DNA from: Candidatus Bathyarchaeota archaeon
GTDB lineage: Archaea; Thermoproteota; Bathyarchaeia; Bathyarchaeales; Bathycorpusculaceae
Reading direction: 5' to 3'
DNA: 64,000 nucleotides
NCBI GenBank assembly: GCA_963833575.1
Contig: CAWHXY010000007.1
Coordinates: 544,001 to 608,000 of the forward strand
Shown here one piece after another: positions 18,262 through 27,818 of this stretch (positions are counted from its first letter, which is position 1; the number at the start of each line of letters is the position of its first letter). The notes under the pieces were generated by a model. That model saw only the letters and a program-made list of their open reading frames with translations. It did not search any database and had not been told where the DNA came from. The translations under genes were made by a program, and so were the position numbers.

Positions 18262-19368
18262 TTGAAACTTAACGTGAAAATAAGCGGCATCACAGCTGAA
18301 GTTAACGATAACATCCTTACTATTTGGTCTAAAAACTCTTTGAAGACCCTAAGTTCGGCTATTCTGAATGGGGGTCTGCAAGAGGCAAATGGAATAATTA
18401 ACGTTCAAGTTCCTGAAGGGTGCGGAAGCGACAAGTCCGATGTACACTGGAGCCCTGAAAAATTCTTGAACGAGGAAGCGCAACGGCTACAGTTTCCAGA
18501 GAATAAAGTGGTCGGGCTGATGACCGCTGCCAAAATGCAGAATATAGCAGTATACAGTGAGACATACGACAAAACAGTGCTGACTGCTTTAGTTACGGCT
18601 GGCTCAACCGTGGCAGTTACGGCAGGTGAACCTGCAGCATCAAAAAACGGTGATAAAATAGAACGTGTCGGTACAATAAACATTATTTTGTTAGTTGATG
18701 GAAACTTAACAGAAGGCTGTATGGTCGAAGCCATCAAAACATTGACAGAAGCTAAGACGGTTGCCTTGCGAGAGCTTGACATTAGAAGCCAGTTTTCTGG
18801 AGATATTGCTACTGGAACTTTAACAGACAGTATTGTAGTTGGCTGTACCAAAAAAGGAGAGCCCATACAATACGCCGGGACTTTCACATTGCTAGGCGAG
18901 CTAATTGCCAAATGTGTGCGGAAAGCGGTAAAAGAAGCCATGTATAAACAAGAAAACCTCACATCAAATAGAACTGTAAAAGAAAGATTGGGCGAGAGAG
19001 GGATATCATCTGAATTTATCATATCACTCGCATCCGAGCCAAACGAGAAACTTGATGACTCTGAGAAACTTCAAAAACAGATTGACTTAATTCTGTCGGA
19101 CACGAAAATAGCGCCACTTCTCATGGCTGCCCTCAGGCTAGATGATGATATAGAAAAAGGCTTGATCCCTAAAGACCACGTGAACAACATAGACAATGTT
19201 ACATTTGAAGAAATTATATTGTCAACTCTAAAGTGCGCCCTATACGACGAAAAAAATCTATATGACTATGTGGGAAAAAACCAGGTCAACAAGAACCGTC
19301 GTTTAGGCCCAACCACAAAATGCTTCTTAATGGCTATCCTAAAAAAAGCTTGCTCAAACATCAGTTAA
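18262..19368 (+). CDS. cbiZ: Adenosylcobinamide amidohydrolase CbiZ with degenerate CobZ-like C-terminal domain
   Basis: LSSAILNGG, GLMTAA, GTINIIL, TEAKT, ATGTLTDS, YAGTFT motifs. Confidence 0.88.
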   Translation: MKLNVKISGITAEVNDNILTIWSKNSLKTLSSAILNGGLQEANGIINVQVPEGCGSDKSDVHWSPEKFLNEEAQRLQFPENKVVGLMTAAKMQNIAVYSETYDKTVLTALVTAGSTVAVTAGEPAASKNGDKIERVGTINIILLVDGNLTEGCMVEAIKTLTEAKTVALRELDIRSQFSGDIATGTLTDSIVVGCTKKGEPIQYAGTFTLLGELIAKCVRKAVKEAMYKQENLTSNRTVKERLGERGISSEFIISLASEPNEKLDDSEKLQKQIDLILSDTKIAPLLMAALRLDDDIEKGLIPKDHVNNIDNVTFEEIILSTLKCALYDEKNLYDYVGKNQVNKNRRLGPTTKCFLMAILKKACSNIS

Positions 19369-19427
19369 TTAAAGAGGAAGTCGGTTTAATGCAACTTATA
19401 AAAAAAGCTTAGCTGGTTTGAGTAACT

Positions 19428-20110
19428 ATGGATCTGTCTGTAATCCTTATTCTTCTAACTGGATTAGCATTGGGATTAGGGCATTCTTTGGATCCTGATC
19501 ATATTGTTGCAGTTTCCGCTCTTCTGTGCAATAGTCGGAGTCTAAGAAAATCAATCGCCTCTGCAACGGTTTGGGGAGTAGGGCATTCTTCAGTTTCTTT
19601 GTAGCGGGATTTTGTGTGCTGATTCTAAGAGTTTCAATTCCAGAAAACGTAGTCACCCTGTTCGAGTGTGCAGCCGGAGTTATGCTGATAATCTTGGGCA
19701 TTCTTGTGATTAGACCACTTATCTTAGATCGAATTAAAACTTCTCAACCAGGAGTTCAAATAGAAAAACTCTCCCACGACCATAATCATAATGTGTCTGA
19801 TTTGAAAGAAGGGCACACGCATATTCACAAATCGGCATTAGCGGGGCTTCTTCAGGGATTGGGCGGTAGTGCGGCCTTAATGTTAGTTGTATTAACGACT
19901 GTTAATTCAGTTGTGACTGGTTTAGCCTTTATTTTGGTTTTTGGAGTTGGTGTGATATTAGGTATGATAGGCATTTCCTGCGTTGTAGGCTCAATCATAG
20001 CATATACAGCATCAAACTTAGAAAGAGTTCACAAAATAATTAAAGCCATAACAGGATCAGTTAGCATAATTGTGGGAATACTTATTATTTTGTACACTTT
20101 AATTTATTAG
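19428..20110 (+). pseudogene. Ni/Co permease (NiCoT/UreH-like), frameshifted
   Basis: ATG 19428 gives ..LGLGHSLDPDHIVAV..WGVGHSS, then TAG at 19602; the remaining TM helices, His-rich loop and GLLQGLGGSAA are in another frame. Confidence 0.8.
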
Positions 20111-20275
20111 ATTTCAAAGATCAACAGGTCAGTCACGAAAGAAAGCTTCATGGGCATTAAACCCGATTAAGTTGATCCATGCGCAAAATTAAAAGCACTC
20201 GACGATGATGAAGCTGCAGAAGATTTGTATCGAAAAATTTTCTAAAAAAATAAAAAAAAGAAAAGAATTTTCGTC

Positions 20276-21025
20276 TTACTTTTTAGATCTTTTGTATGCG
20301 ACTGTGCCGATTGCACTTACAGCTAAAGCAACAGCTAAAACTGCTACTATTACAGCAGAGAATTCGGGTATTGTTACTGTGCTGGAGGTTGGAACGAAAA
20401 ATGCTTGTACTGCGACATCACTTGTTGGAATTGTCAGATTCATAGTGCTAGAGGTGTAGTAGCTTCTGCCTTGTGCGCTGACGACTAACCAGTATAGGAA
20501 GTTGAAGCCGGAACTTGCTGTTGCTGTGAAGCTTGCAGATGAGCCGATGGTGTAGTTTGTGTATGAGGCTGTTCCGCTTCCTGCAGATGGAGATGTTGTT
20601 CCGCCTGCTGAAAGTAGGGCAATAACGGTGGCTGCACCTGTTCCTGTTGTGGTTTGGGTTGAGTTACTGACTGGGACAAATAATGCCTGAATTGCACATG
20701 AATCTGATGCTGAGAGTGTCTCTGTAAGAGTGTTGCTTGTAGAAGTTACCGGAGTTGCTGTGCCAATCCAATCCCAGCATAAGAAAGCAAATCCATCACC
20801 CGCAACCGGGGTATAGTTTACTGTATCTCCGCTGGTATAATTGTAGTTGGTTGAAGGAGTAAGCTGTGTTCCGTTAGCATCAATATTTCCGCCTTGCGAA
20901 TTGTAAACGTAAACGCTGGGCTGAGTAGCTGCTTTTACAGATGCGGCGCCAATGCTCGTTATTAAGAGTATTGAAGTTAGAAGAATCAAAGATAAGACTT
21001 TCATGTTTCTTGTTTGCGATTTCAT
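20276..21025 (-). CDS. Secreted Ser/Thr-rich surface protein with two beta-repeats and a PEF-CTERM-like sorting signal
   Basis: Signal peptide; two G(F)xFLxW..QAxFVP repeats; IPEF-TM-KRSKK C-terminus. Confidence 0.8.
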   Translation of the reverse strand: MKSQTRNMKVLSLILLTSILLITSIGAASVKAATQPSVYVYNSQGGNIDANGTQLTPSTNYNYTSGDTVNYTPVAGDGFAFLCWDWIGTATPVTSTSNTLTETLSASDSCAIQALFVPVSNSTQTTTGTGAATVIALLSAGGTTSPSAGSGTASYTNYTIGSSASFTATASSGFNFLYWLVVSAQGRSYYTSSTMNLTIPTSDVAVQAFFVPTSSTVTIPEFSAVIVAVLAVALAVSAIGTVAYKRSKK

Positions 21026-21182
21026 TAAATCACCAATTAGTTAGGCTATTGTCACAGCTCAAAAGTGCTTATAAGCTTTTGCCCGAATCTCAAACTTAGA
21101 ATTAAGCGGACACAAAAATAATAAGTCTGCAACAACATGTTTTCAAAAGGGATGTATCAGTGAAACTGAGAAAGACACTTAT

Positions 21183-23264
21183 TTATCGTTCAATTGAGAT
21201 TTTGCTGTTTCCAGCTTCTTTTTCCAAAACAACCACGTGATCAGCTTTACCGGCAAACGCTTCACTGTGAGTTACCGCAATGATTTGTTCTATGGCTTTG
21301 AATCGGCTTATAGCTTCAGCTAACCGTTCTATGCTGCCGTCTTCGCTTCCCAAGTTTTCCGTGGGTTCATCAAGCACAAGCATGCTTAATCCATGGCCAG
21401 TTCGTGACTGCATAATTAACTGTCCTAAACCTAAGCGGTAAGCAAAAGCCAAAAGTGTGCGTTCTCCTCCAGAGAGGTTTGAGACTTCACGATCAACACT
21501 CGCTTCGCTTTTCACGTAAGGAGTATAAGTTTCGTCAATGGCAATATTTAGCAATGGTGCTTCTCCACCCACTAGGCTATCGAGCACTTGTTGAACAAAA
21601 TTTCGCAAAACCTTCACAAACTCACTTCGAAGCTTAGGCTGAATACTTCTATATGCATCACGGATGGCGGCTAAAAGTTCCACAGTTTTGCGGATTTTTT
21701 CAATGCGTTCAATTTTTTCTTGGGCAAGATCAATTCTTTCTTTAATTTCGTCTAAGCGTTTGAAGAGATCTGTTTTGCGGTTCTCCTTAGTTCGTAACTC
21801 CGAATCAAACTGATAATATTGCCTGAAAGTTTGCTCACGCAGAAGTCGGGCCGCATCAAGTTCAGACAAATCAAATTTTCCAATCTCAAACTGAACCTGT
21901 TCAATCTGCAAATGCAAATCCGTTTCAAGTTGCTGCTTTTCCAAAAACTCGCTTGACAGCGCTTTGAGGTTAGTTTCTTCTTCGTTAAGCCGGTTTTTCA
22001 ATTCTTCACTTCTTGTCATGCACATCTGCAGATTCGAAGAAGCTTCAGAAGCCACGACTTTTGTTTTCTGCAAAACATCAATTTCAATTCGCAGTTGGCT
22101 AATGCTTTTTTCCCGATCAATATTCTCAGTTTGAATCCTTGACAGCAAATTACTTTTGTATTCGCCGTCTAAAGGTTGTATACAAAGTGGGCACTTACTC
22201 TCTTTAGACAACTCAGATGCCCGTTTCCTGTCAGTTTGAAGGTTCCTTGAAGTTGCTTCTTGATCTGCTCGTAAACTGCTGATTTTATCATCAAAGGATG
22301 CTAAACAAGAATCCAGTGATTCAACAGACTGACTGATAGGCAAACCTGCTTGTTCAAGTTTACTCATGCATGCCTTTATTTGAGCATCAATTGAGTTTTG
22401 GCGTTGACCCAAATTGCTAATTATTGTTTTTTTACCTTCGATGCGCTCAGTTAAAGAAGCCAAAGTTCTGCTCATGTTAACGATATCAGCGTGCAGCCTT
22501 GCTTCTTTTCGCTTAAATTCTTCAATAGCTTGCCTTTTTTCTTCAAGCTTCTTAAGTTTTGAATCTGCTTCGTCCAACGCTTTCTTGGCAACTGATAGCT
22601 TTTGCGTTGCGTTTTCAAGATCCATTTCTAGAAGCGTGTATTCTTCGCTTGATCTGTTATATTCATTGCTTAATTTTTCCATTCCTGTAACATCGGGGTC
22701 TTTCTCGTAAACCCGCTTTTCTGTTTCGTAATCTCTCTGGTACTGGGCAATATTGCTCCAGGCGACTTCGTAGTCAGATAAACCGAAGAGTTCATCCAAA
22801 CGTGTTTGCCTATCTCGCGGTTTAGCGTCGAGCAACTCTTTGAGGTGTTCTTGCTTAAACCATACAATTTCACGATATAGGTCGCTGTCTAAGCCTGTGA
22901 TCGCTTTAAATTGTTCAGCTATTGCGTCGGTTTTCATGCTGGCAATTAGCTTCTCATTTTCCCAGAGTTTGAGTTCTTCAATGTTTTGGGTGATGCTTTT
23001 GCCTTTGCGTTTTAAGCCGCGTGTAAGCTTGTAGGTGTTTCCATTTTGGCTGAACTGAACAGTGACTTTTCCCCAGTCTGCGCCTTCTCGCAATAAATAG
23101 TCGTAGGTTCTTGATTCGCCAAATAAGGCAAAGTCAACCGCGTACAATACACTGGATTTTCCGCAACCCACTCCACCTACAAGACAGTTAAAGCCATGAG
23201 TAAACGGCACAGTCGATTTAACGTGGCTTCGGATGTTTTCAAGCTGGACAATTTCAATTTTCAT
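21183..23264 (-). CDS. rad50: DNA double-strand break repair ATPase Rad50
   Basis: GGVGCGKSS, Q-loop, CPLC zinc hook, LSGGE, LDEPT, VTH; overlaps mre11. Confidence 0.92.
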   Translation of the reverse strand: MKIEIVQLENIRSHVKSTVPFTHGFNCLVGGVGCGKSSVLYAVDFALFGESRTYDYLLREGADWGKVTVQFSQNGNTYKLTRGLKRKGKSITQNIEELKLWENEKLIASMKTDAIAEQFKAITGLDSDLYREIVWFKQEHLKELLDAKPRDRQTRLDELFGLSDYEVAWSNIAQYQRDYETEKRVYEKDPDVTGMEKLSNEYNRSSEEYTLLEMDLENATQKLSVAKKALDEADSKLKKLEEKRQAIEEFKRKEARLHADIVNMSRTLASLTERIEGKKTIISNLGQRQNSIDAQIKACMSKLEQAGLPISQSVESLDSCLASFDDKISSLRADQEATSRNLQTDRKRASELSKESKCPLCIQPLDGEYKSNLLSRIQTENIDREKSISQLRIEIDVLQKTKVVASEASSNLQMCMTRSEELKNRLNEEETNLKALSSEFLEKQQLETDLHLQIEQVQFEIGKFDLSELDAARLLREQTFRQYYQFDSELRTKENRKTDLFKRLDEIKERIDLAQEKIERIEKIRKTVELLAAIRDAYRSIQPKLRSEFVKVLRNFVQQVLDSLVGGEAPLLNIAIDETYTPYVKSEASVDREVSNLSGGERTLLAFAYRLGLGQLIMQSRTGHGLSMLVLDEPTENLGSEDGSIERLAEAISRFKAIEQIIAVTHSEAFAGKADHVVVLEKEAGNSKISIER

Positions 23265-24466
23265 TTTGCCAGCTCCTCAATGCTTTGCTTAATTTTTTCG
23301 TCTTGTTTTTTTGTTAAAGGCTCAATTAGACTTAACGCTGAATGAGCGATTTTATCTGCTTCCTCCCGACTGTAGCGCTGAGCAAAAATCTCTACGAAAT
23401 ATTCAAACGCTTTGGTTTTCAAATCTTTAAATTCGCCTTCAAATATGGAGCGTACTACTTCGTCTGAAACCGCAGTTTCTTTTAACTGTACGATGGGGTG
23501 AACAAGCAAGGCTTTCTCGCCGGCATTCCTGATTTTTCCAATGTCTACCTCGGCTCGGCTGGCTTCAACTGGAAGGGTGCCTCTTAGGATGGGAATTATG
23601 ATTGTGCCTTCCTCATCATTGTCTTTTACTTGTTGAGCAGCTATCTCCGTGATTTTTTCAGATGTCATGCAGGGGAAATCTTGCTCTAAAATGATGAATC
23701 GGCGTGTTGTCGCTAAATCTATGCATTCAGTGTTGGATTGGCCTTTCTCATCGACTTTAACGTAAAGGAAGCCTTTGGGATCCTTGGCTTCTCGGTAATC
23801 GGTTGTTTCTACGCAACCACTGTAGGCTAAAGTACCAGTTTTGAATGTGCCTAAGAACCGTTCATGTACGTGGCCAGCTGCGTAATAGTTGAAGCCGTCA
23901 GGTATTTGCCCCGGTGAAAGTTCTGCCTCAATGTACGGGGGTGCAATATTTGGCAAGTCCAAAGCTCCATGGAAAACAAAAATGTTGAAAAGCCTTTCGA
24001 CTGGTGCTGGAGGGTTTTCTGCAATGAATTTTGGCAGTGCCTCTTGAGCTTTATGTTTGTTGTGGAAGTTTGGGATGCCATACACGTAGCAGCTGTCTGG
24101 TTTAAACCAGCATGCGCCGCTATGCCTGGGAAGATGATGAATTAATCCTGCACTATCTAAAGGGTAGAGAATCGTGCCCGTTATGGTGTTTGGTGCAGAA
24201 TCATGTGAACCGTCAACAGTCAAAACTGGAATGTCAGCATCTTTAAGCCGCTTAAAACTTCGAATGGTATTCTCCAAAGTAACGTTTGACGGTCTGGGTT
24301 GATGAAACAAGTCGCCGGCGATAATCATAAAGTCAGGTTTTAACTCGATGGTTTTGTCAACAATCTCTTTGAAAGAGTTGTCGAAATCTTGCCTTCTAGC
24401 TTCCAGTCCATACTGGGAGTAGCCTAAATGTAAATCTGCAGCGTGGACAAAGCTAAACGGCTTCAA
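23261..24466 (-). CDS. mre11: DNA repair nuclease Mre11
   Basis: ADLHLG, AGDLFH, GSHD, GHVH, YSG motifs. Confidence 0.92.
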   Translation of the reverse strand: MKPFSFVHAADLHLGYSQYGLEARRQDFDNSFKEIVDKTIELKPDFMIIAGDLFHQPRPSNVTLENTIRSFKRLKDADIPVLTVDGSHDSAPNTITGTILYPLDSAGLIHHLPRHSGACWFKPDSCYVYGIPNFHNKHKAQEALPKFIAENPPAPVERLFNIFVFHGALDLPNIAPPYIEAELSPGQIPDGFNYYAAGHVHERFLGTFKTGTLAYSGCVETTDYREAKDPKGFLYVKVDEKGQSNTECIDLATTRRFIILEQDFPCMTSEKITEIAAQQVKDNDEEGTIIIPILRGTLPVEASRAEVDIGKIRNAGEKALLVHPIVQLKETAVSDEVVRSIFEGEFKDLKTKAFEYFVEIFAQRYSREEADKIAHSALSLIEPLTKKQDEKIKQSIEELAK

Positions 24467-24624
24467 GTTACCCCAACTCCCCTTTCTTTCCCTTTGTATT
24501 TCTGATTAGGGTTTGCTTATTTTAAAGCGTTATTGCAACTAAAATGTTAAGGCAATTTTTGTTATTAAAGGGGAAAAATATAAAGCATCATATGCGCGTT
24601 ACCTGTTAAAGGCGCCCTAATTAG

Positions 24625-25428
24625 ATGAAATGCCAAGCATGCGATCAAGAAACGCTTCTTCCATTCCGCTGTCCATTCTGTGGCGGACAATTTTGCAGTG
24701 CACACCGTATACCGGAAAACCACTCATGTCCACAAATATCTTCTGCGCGTGTTCAAAGACAAGAACAGGTAATGACGTCACAATCATTTAACAGCTATCA
24801 GTATACGTACAATTTAGGCCAGCCAAAACGACAGAGACATATAACGACTAGCCCAAAAGAGCTAAAACATATAGGGGTTGCAGCAGCGCTTGTCATCGGC
24901 ATTGGCTTTTCCATAGGATTATATGGTTTCAGTTGGGGCTGGACTGTTATGGCTGTTTTCGCTTTAGTGATGACAATGTCTTTTCTGGTTCATGAAATTG
25001 CTCATAAAGTGATGGCTCAGCGAGCGGGGATGTGGGCTGAATTCCGCCTTACAACCTGGGGAGCTGTGTTAACGCTTTTTTCAGTGTTCTTACCTTTCAA
25101 AATGATTGCTCCGGGAGCCATGATGATTGGTGGACAGGCGCCCTCTGCCAAAGAAATGGTTAAAATCTCCATTGCAGGAGTTATCACAAACATGATTTTC
25201 GCCGCCACATTTCTGGCTTTAGCATTTGGTTTACCCATTAGTGCATATTCCGGGATGCTGTTCTTCGCAGCCTACATCAACTCGTTCATGGCACTCTTCA
25301 ACTTGATTCCATTCGGAGTCTTGGACGGCTACAAACTATTTATCCTGAACAAGACTGCGTGGATTTTAGCGTTTATTCCCAGCGTCGTCCTTACAATAAT
25401 TTGCGGTTGGATAATTTTTATTGGCTGA
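24625..25428 (+). CDS. AN1 zinc finger fused to M50 (site-2) intramembrane metalloprotease
   Basis: CQAC..PFRCPFCGGQFCSAHRIPENHSC; HEIAH; FNLIPFGVLDG. Confidence 0.88.
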   Translation: MKCQACDQETLLPFRCPFCGGQFCSAHRIPENHSCPQISSARVQRQEQVMTSQSFNSYQYTYNLGQPKRQRHITTSPKELKHIGVAAALVIGIGFSIGLYGFSWGWTVMAVFALVMTMSFLVHEIAHKVMAQRAGMWAEFRLTTWGAVLTLFSVFLPFKMIAPGAMMIGGQAPSAKEMVKISIAGVITNMIFAATFLALAFGLPISAYSGMLFFAAYINSFMALFNLIPFGVLDGYKLFILNKTAWILAFIPSVVLTIICGWIIFIG

Positions 25429-25563
25429 AGCAGAGTTCTATTTGTCTTTTACACAGAACAGATAATGTTCAATTTGTATAGTTCCATACGCCGCCCATAC
25501 ACGTGCCACCAAAAAAGCCTAAGCTAACATAACAGAGAACTAAAAATTAAAAATTAAAAGATG

Positions 25564-25872
25564 TTAGATAAGTTCGATTGTTACGTGGACTTCTTCTGGT
25601 ACACGTATGCGCATGATTCGTCTCATGACTCGTTCTTCAGAGTCAATGTCGATTAGGCGTTTGTGAATGCGCATTTCCCATCTGTCCCATGTTGCTGTTC
25701 CTTCGCCTGAAGGTGCTTTGAGAACTGGGACACGCAGCCGTTTTGTCGGTAATGGCACTGGACCATTGATTTTTACACCTGTTTTTTGGGCAATGCTTCT
25801 GAGTTCTCCACATACCTCTTCCAATTTTGCGTAATCTGTGCTTGTAAGGCGTATTCTTGCTTTTCTCACCAT
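25564..25872 (-). CDS. rpsJ: 30S ribosomal protein S10
   Basis: [27 protein letters not shown]. Confidence 0.96.
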   Translation of the reverse strand: MVRKARIRLTSTDYAKLEEVCGELRSIAQKTGVKINGPVPLPTKRLRVPVLKAPSGEGTATWDRWEMRIHKRLIDIDSEERVMRRIMRIRVPEEVHVTIELI

Positions 25873-26274
25873 TTTGGTCCATCAATCCATTATTTTGCCA
25901 TAATATATCTTGGCGACACCTTAGAAACTTCAGAGGAACATAAAAACCTATCGTCGACATTTTTTTCTTTGTCGTCTAACGTTTGGTAAGACCAAGAAAT
26001 GATTTTAATTTCTGGTCCAAAAATAGGAGAAGACAGCATTGACCATTTTATCTTCATCAAACAGTGCAATTTCATGTTTTTGTGCAGATCTGATGTACAG
26101 GTTCTATCAAACAAAATGTAGGCTTGGAATATCACTTCCTACGTAGCATTTTACGTATTATTGTGTTCTTGTGTTCGACAAATGAGGTTCTTGATATGCT
26201 TGGGTTATGTGCGAGGGTTTATGTGGCGGTTTACTCACATTGAAGAATGGAGAAATGTGTCTTAAAAAGACACA

Positions 26275-26478
26275 TTGTACATGAGTACAACACAACCACG
26301 GAGAAAAATCGAGATGAAAACCAAACGTATAGTTGTTGCCAAATCTTCAGGCAGAAAAAATATTCCAAAGCAGCCGAGCGAAAAAGCAGAGCGCGGGTTT
26401 GAGCGATTAGTAGTCGATGCCGGGCGTTCCAAAAAAGCTGCTGATGAGATCTTAAAATGGTACACAAATTCAAGTTGA
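26275..26478 (+). CDS. Small basic hypothetical protein
   Basis: ORF ending ..FERLVVDAGRSKKAADEILKWY; true start may be an internal ATG. Confidence 0.45.
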   Translation: MYMSTTQPRRKIEMKTKRIVVAKSSGRKNIPKQPSEKAERGFERLVVDAGRSKKAADEILKWYTNSS

Positions 26479-26707
26479 AAAGAAGGAAAAAAGGAAAATT
26501 AAGGGCAAAAATCGCCTCCCATAGAATATAAAAAACCATTCAAACTTCTGCCAACTATCTTAGTGGACGGAAGCATACAGAACGCGTGTATCTTAATCTC
26601 AGAGTTCTAAACAGATTGGTCCTTACGTCGTATTCTAAACCATTTGGGCAAACCTAAATCGGATAGATCTGACCGCAACAACCTGCCATTTTTTGATTAC
26701 AAATAAG

Positions 26708-26941
26708 CTATATGTTGATTCTTTTCTTGATTGTCTCGTATTGTTCAGGTGTGAATACTTCTTTGTCACATGCGGGACATCTTAAAGCTTTAACATTACG
26801 CAAGATAACGCCTTCAACTTCAAAATCAAACTCGACTTCGAGATACTCAATGCAGCATATGGGGCATAGTAATGCACCTGCTTTAGTGCTTTTTGGCTTA
26901 TTGGGTGAATTGTCTTCCAAGTTGCTCTGCCCAAACCTCAA
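26708..26941 (-). CDS. YgiT/MqsA-type zinc-finger protein
   Basis: CPIC...NVKALRCPACDKEVFTPEQ; start uncertain. Confidence 0.7.
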   Translation of the reverse strand: MRFGQSNLEDNSPNKPKSTKAGALLCPICCIEYLEVEFDFEVEGVILRNVKALRCPACDKEVFTPEQYETIKKRINI

Positions 26942-27371
26942 CCTTAGATAAATCTGTATTGTCTACCATAGTTTTTCGAAAATATCTTATCCGCCCGCCG
27001 AAAGCTTCCGTACTTACAGGATTAATCTTGGGGTATTTAGCCAAAGTATTTTCCACGAATTTGGCTTTTGCATTATCATAACTTCCTGGCGTACCAGCCC
27101 AAGTGGATGAAACGTAAAAGGCAATGTTTTTGCCACTAAGGTCGTTTTCGAGAAACTTTAGCGCTTTGCCGTAGACTCTACCGCTCCTTACGCCGGCACC
27201 CACTATTATGTTTTTATACATCGTTAGATCAGGTATTTTTTGCTCTTTAAGGTCAACAAGGTCAACTTCTAACTGATACTTCGAACGCAAGATATCAGCT
27301 ATTTTCCGTGCCGACTCTTCCGTAACACCGCCTTTGGTTTGATAGGCGATAAGAGTTTTGTTCACATTCAT
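26898..27371 (-). CDS. Flavodoxin-domain protein (HemG-like)
   Basis: LIAYQTKGGVT, IIVGAGV, FGGRI. Confidence 0.8.
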   Translation of the reverse strand: MNVNKTLIAYQTKGGVTEESARKIADILRSKYQLEVDLVDLKEQKIPDLTMYKNIIVGAGVRSGRVYGKALKFLENDLSGKNIAFYVSSTWAGTPGSYDNAKAKFVENTLAKYPKINPVSTEAFGGRIRYFRKTMVDNTDLSKVEVWAEQLGRQFTQ

Positions 27372-27373
27372 CT

Positions 27374-27733
27374 TTAAGCGCTACCATGCGACTCTTCAGC
27401 AGGTGCAAGCCTAGTGCCGCAGTTGTGGCAAAATATTGAGCCTGTTGGGTTCTTTGTGGAACATTGGGAACATGTTAAAGTCTGTTCTTGAGGCGGTTTT
27501 TGTTGCCAATTCTCCCTTGCTCTATGGATAGCTGCATGTGTTTCTCGCGCTGCCATATTGAATGCTCTTTCAAGCTCTACACCCACTTGGTAAAAAGCAT
27601 CCCGTAACTCATCGACTGGATAAGCAGCTTTTGCAGCCTTTCCTTTATCAGTTTTTGTCCCGCATTTCTGACAGAAATAAGCGTCATCAGCAATTTTTTC
27701 CCCACAATTTGAGCAGTAAACCAATTCTTTCAC
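27374..27733 (-). CDS. Double zinc-ribbon protein
   Basis: CSNCG..FCQKCG and CSQC..FCHNCG. Confidence 0.8.
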   Translation of the reverse strand: MKELVYCSNCGEKIADDAYFCQKCGTKTDKGKAAKAAYPVDELRDAFYQVGVELERAFNMAARETHAAIHRARENWQQKPPQEQTLTCSQCSTKNPTGSIFCHNCGTRLAPAEESHGSA

Positions 27734-27818
27734 CGTAAAGATGCATGTTATTTTGATAATTTAAGCCTTTACTGAACTAAAAAGAAAAGAATAAAAAGAA
27801 AAAGTAGGAATTGGCTGT

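Noticed and set aside
19602-19604. Amber read-through (pyrrolysine) in the Ni/Co permease
   Set aside because: The downstream homology is in a different frame, so read-through would not restore the protein
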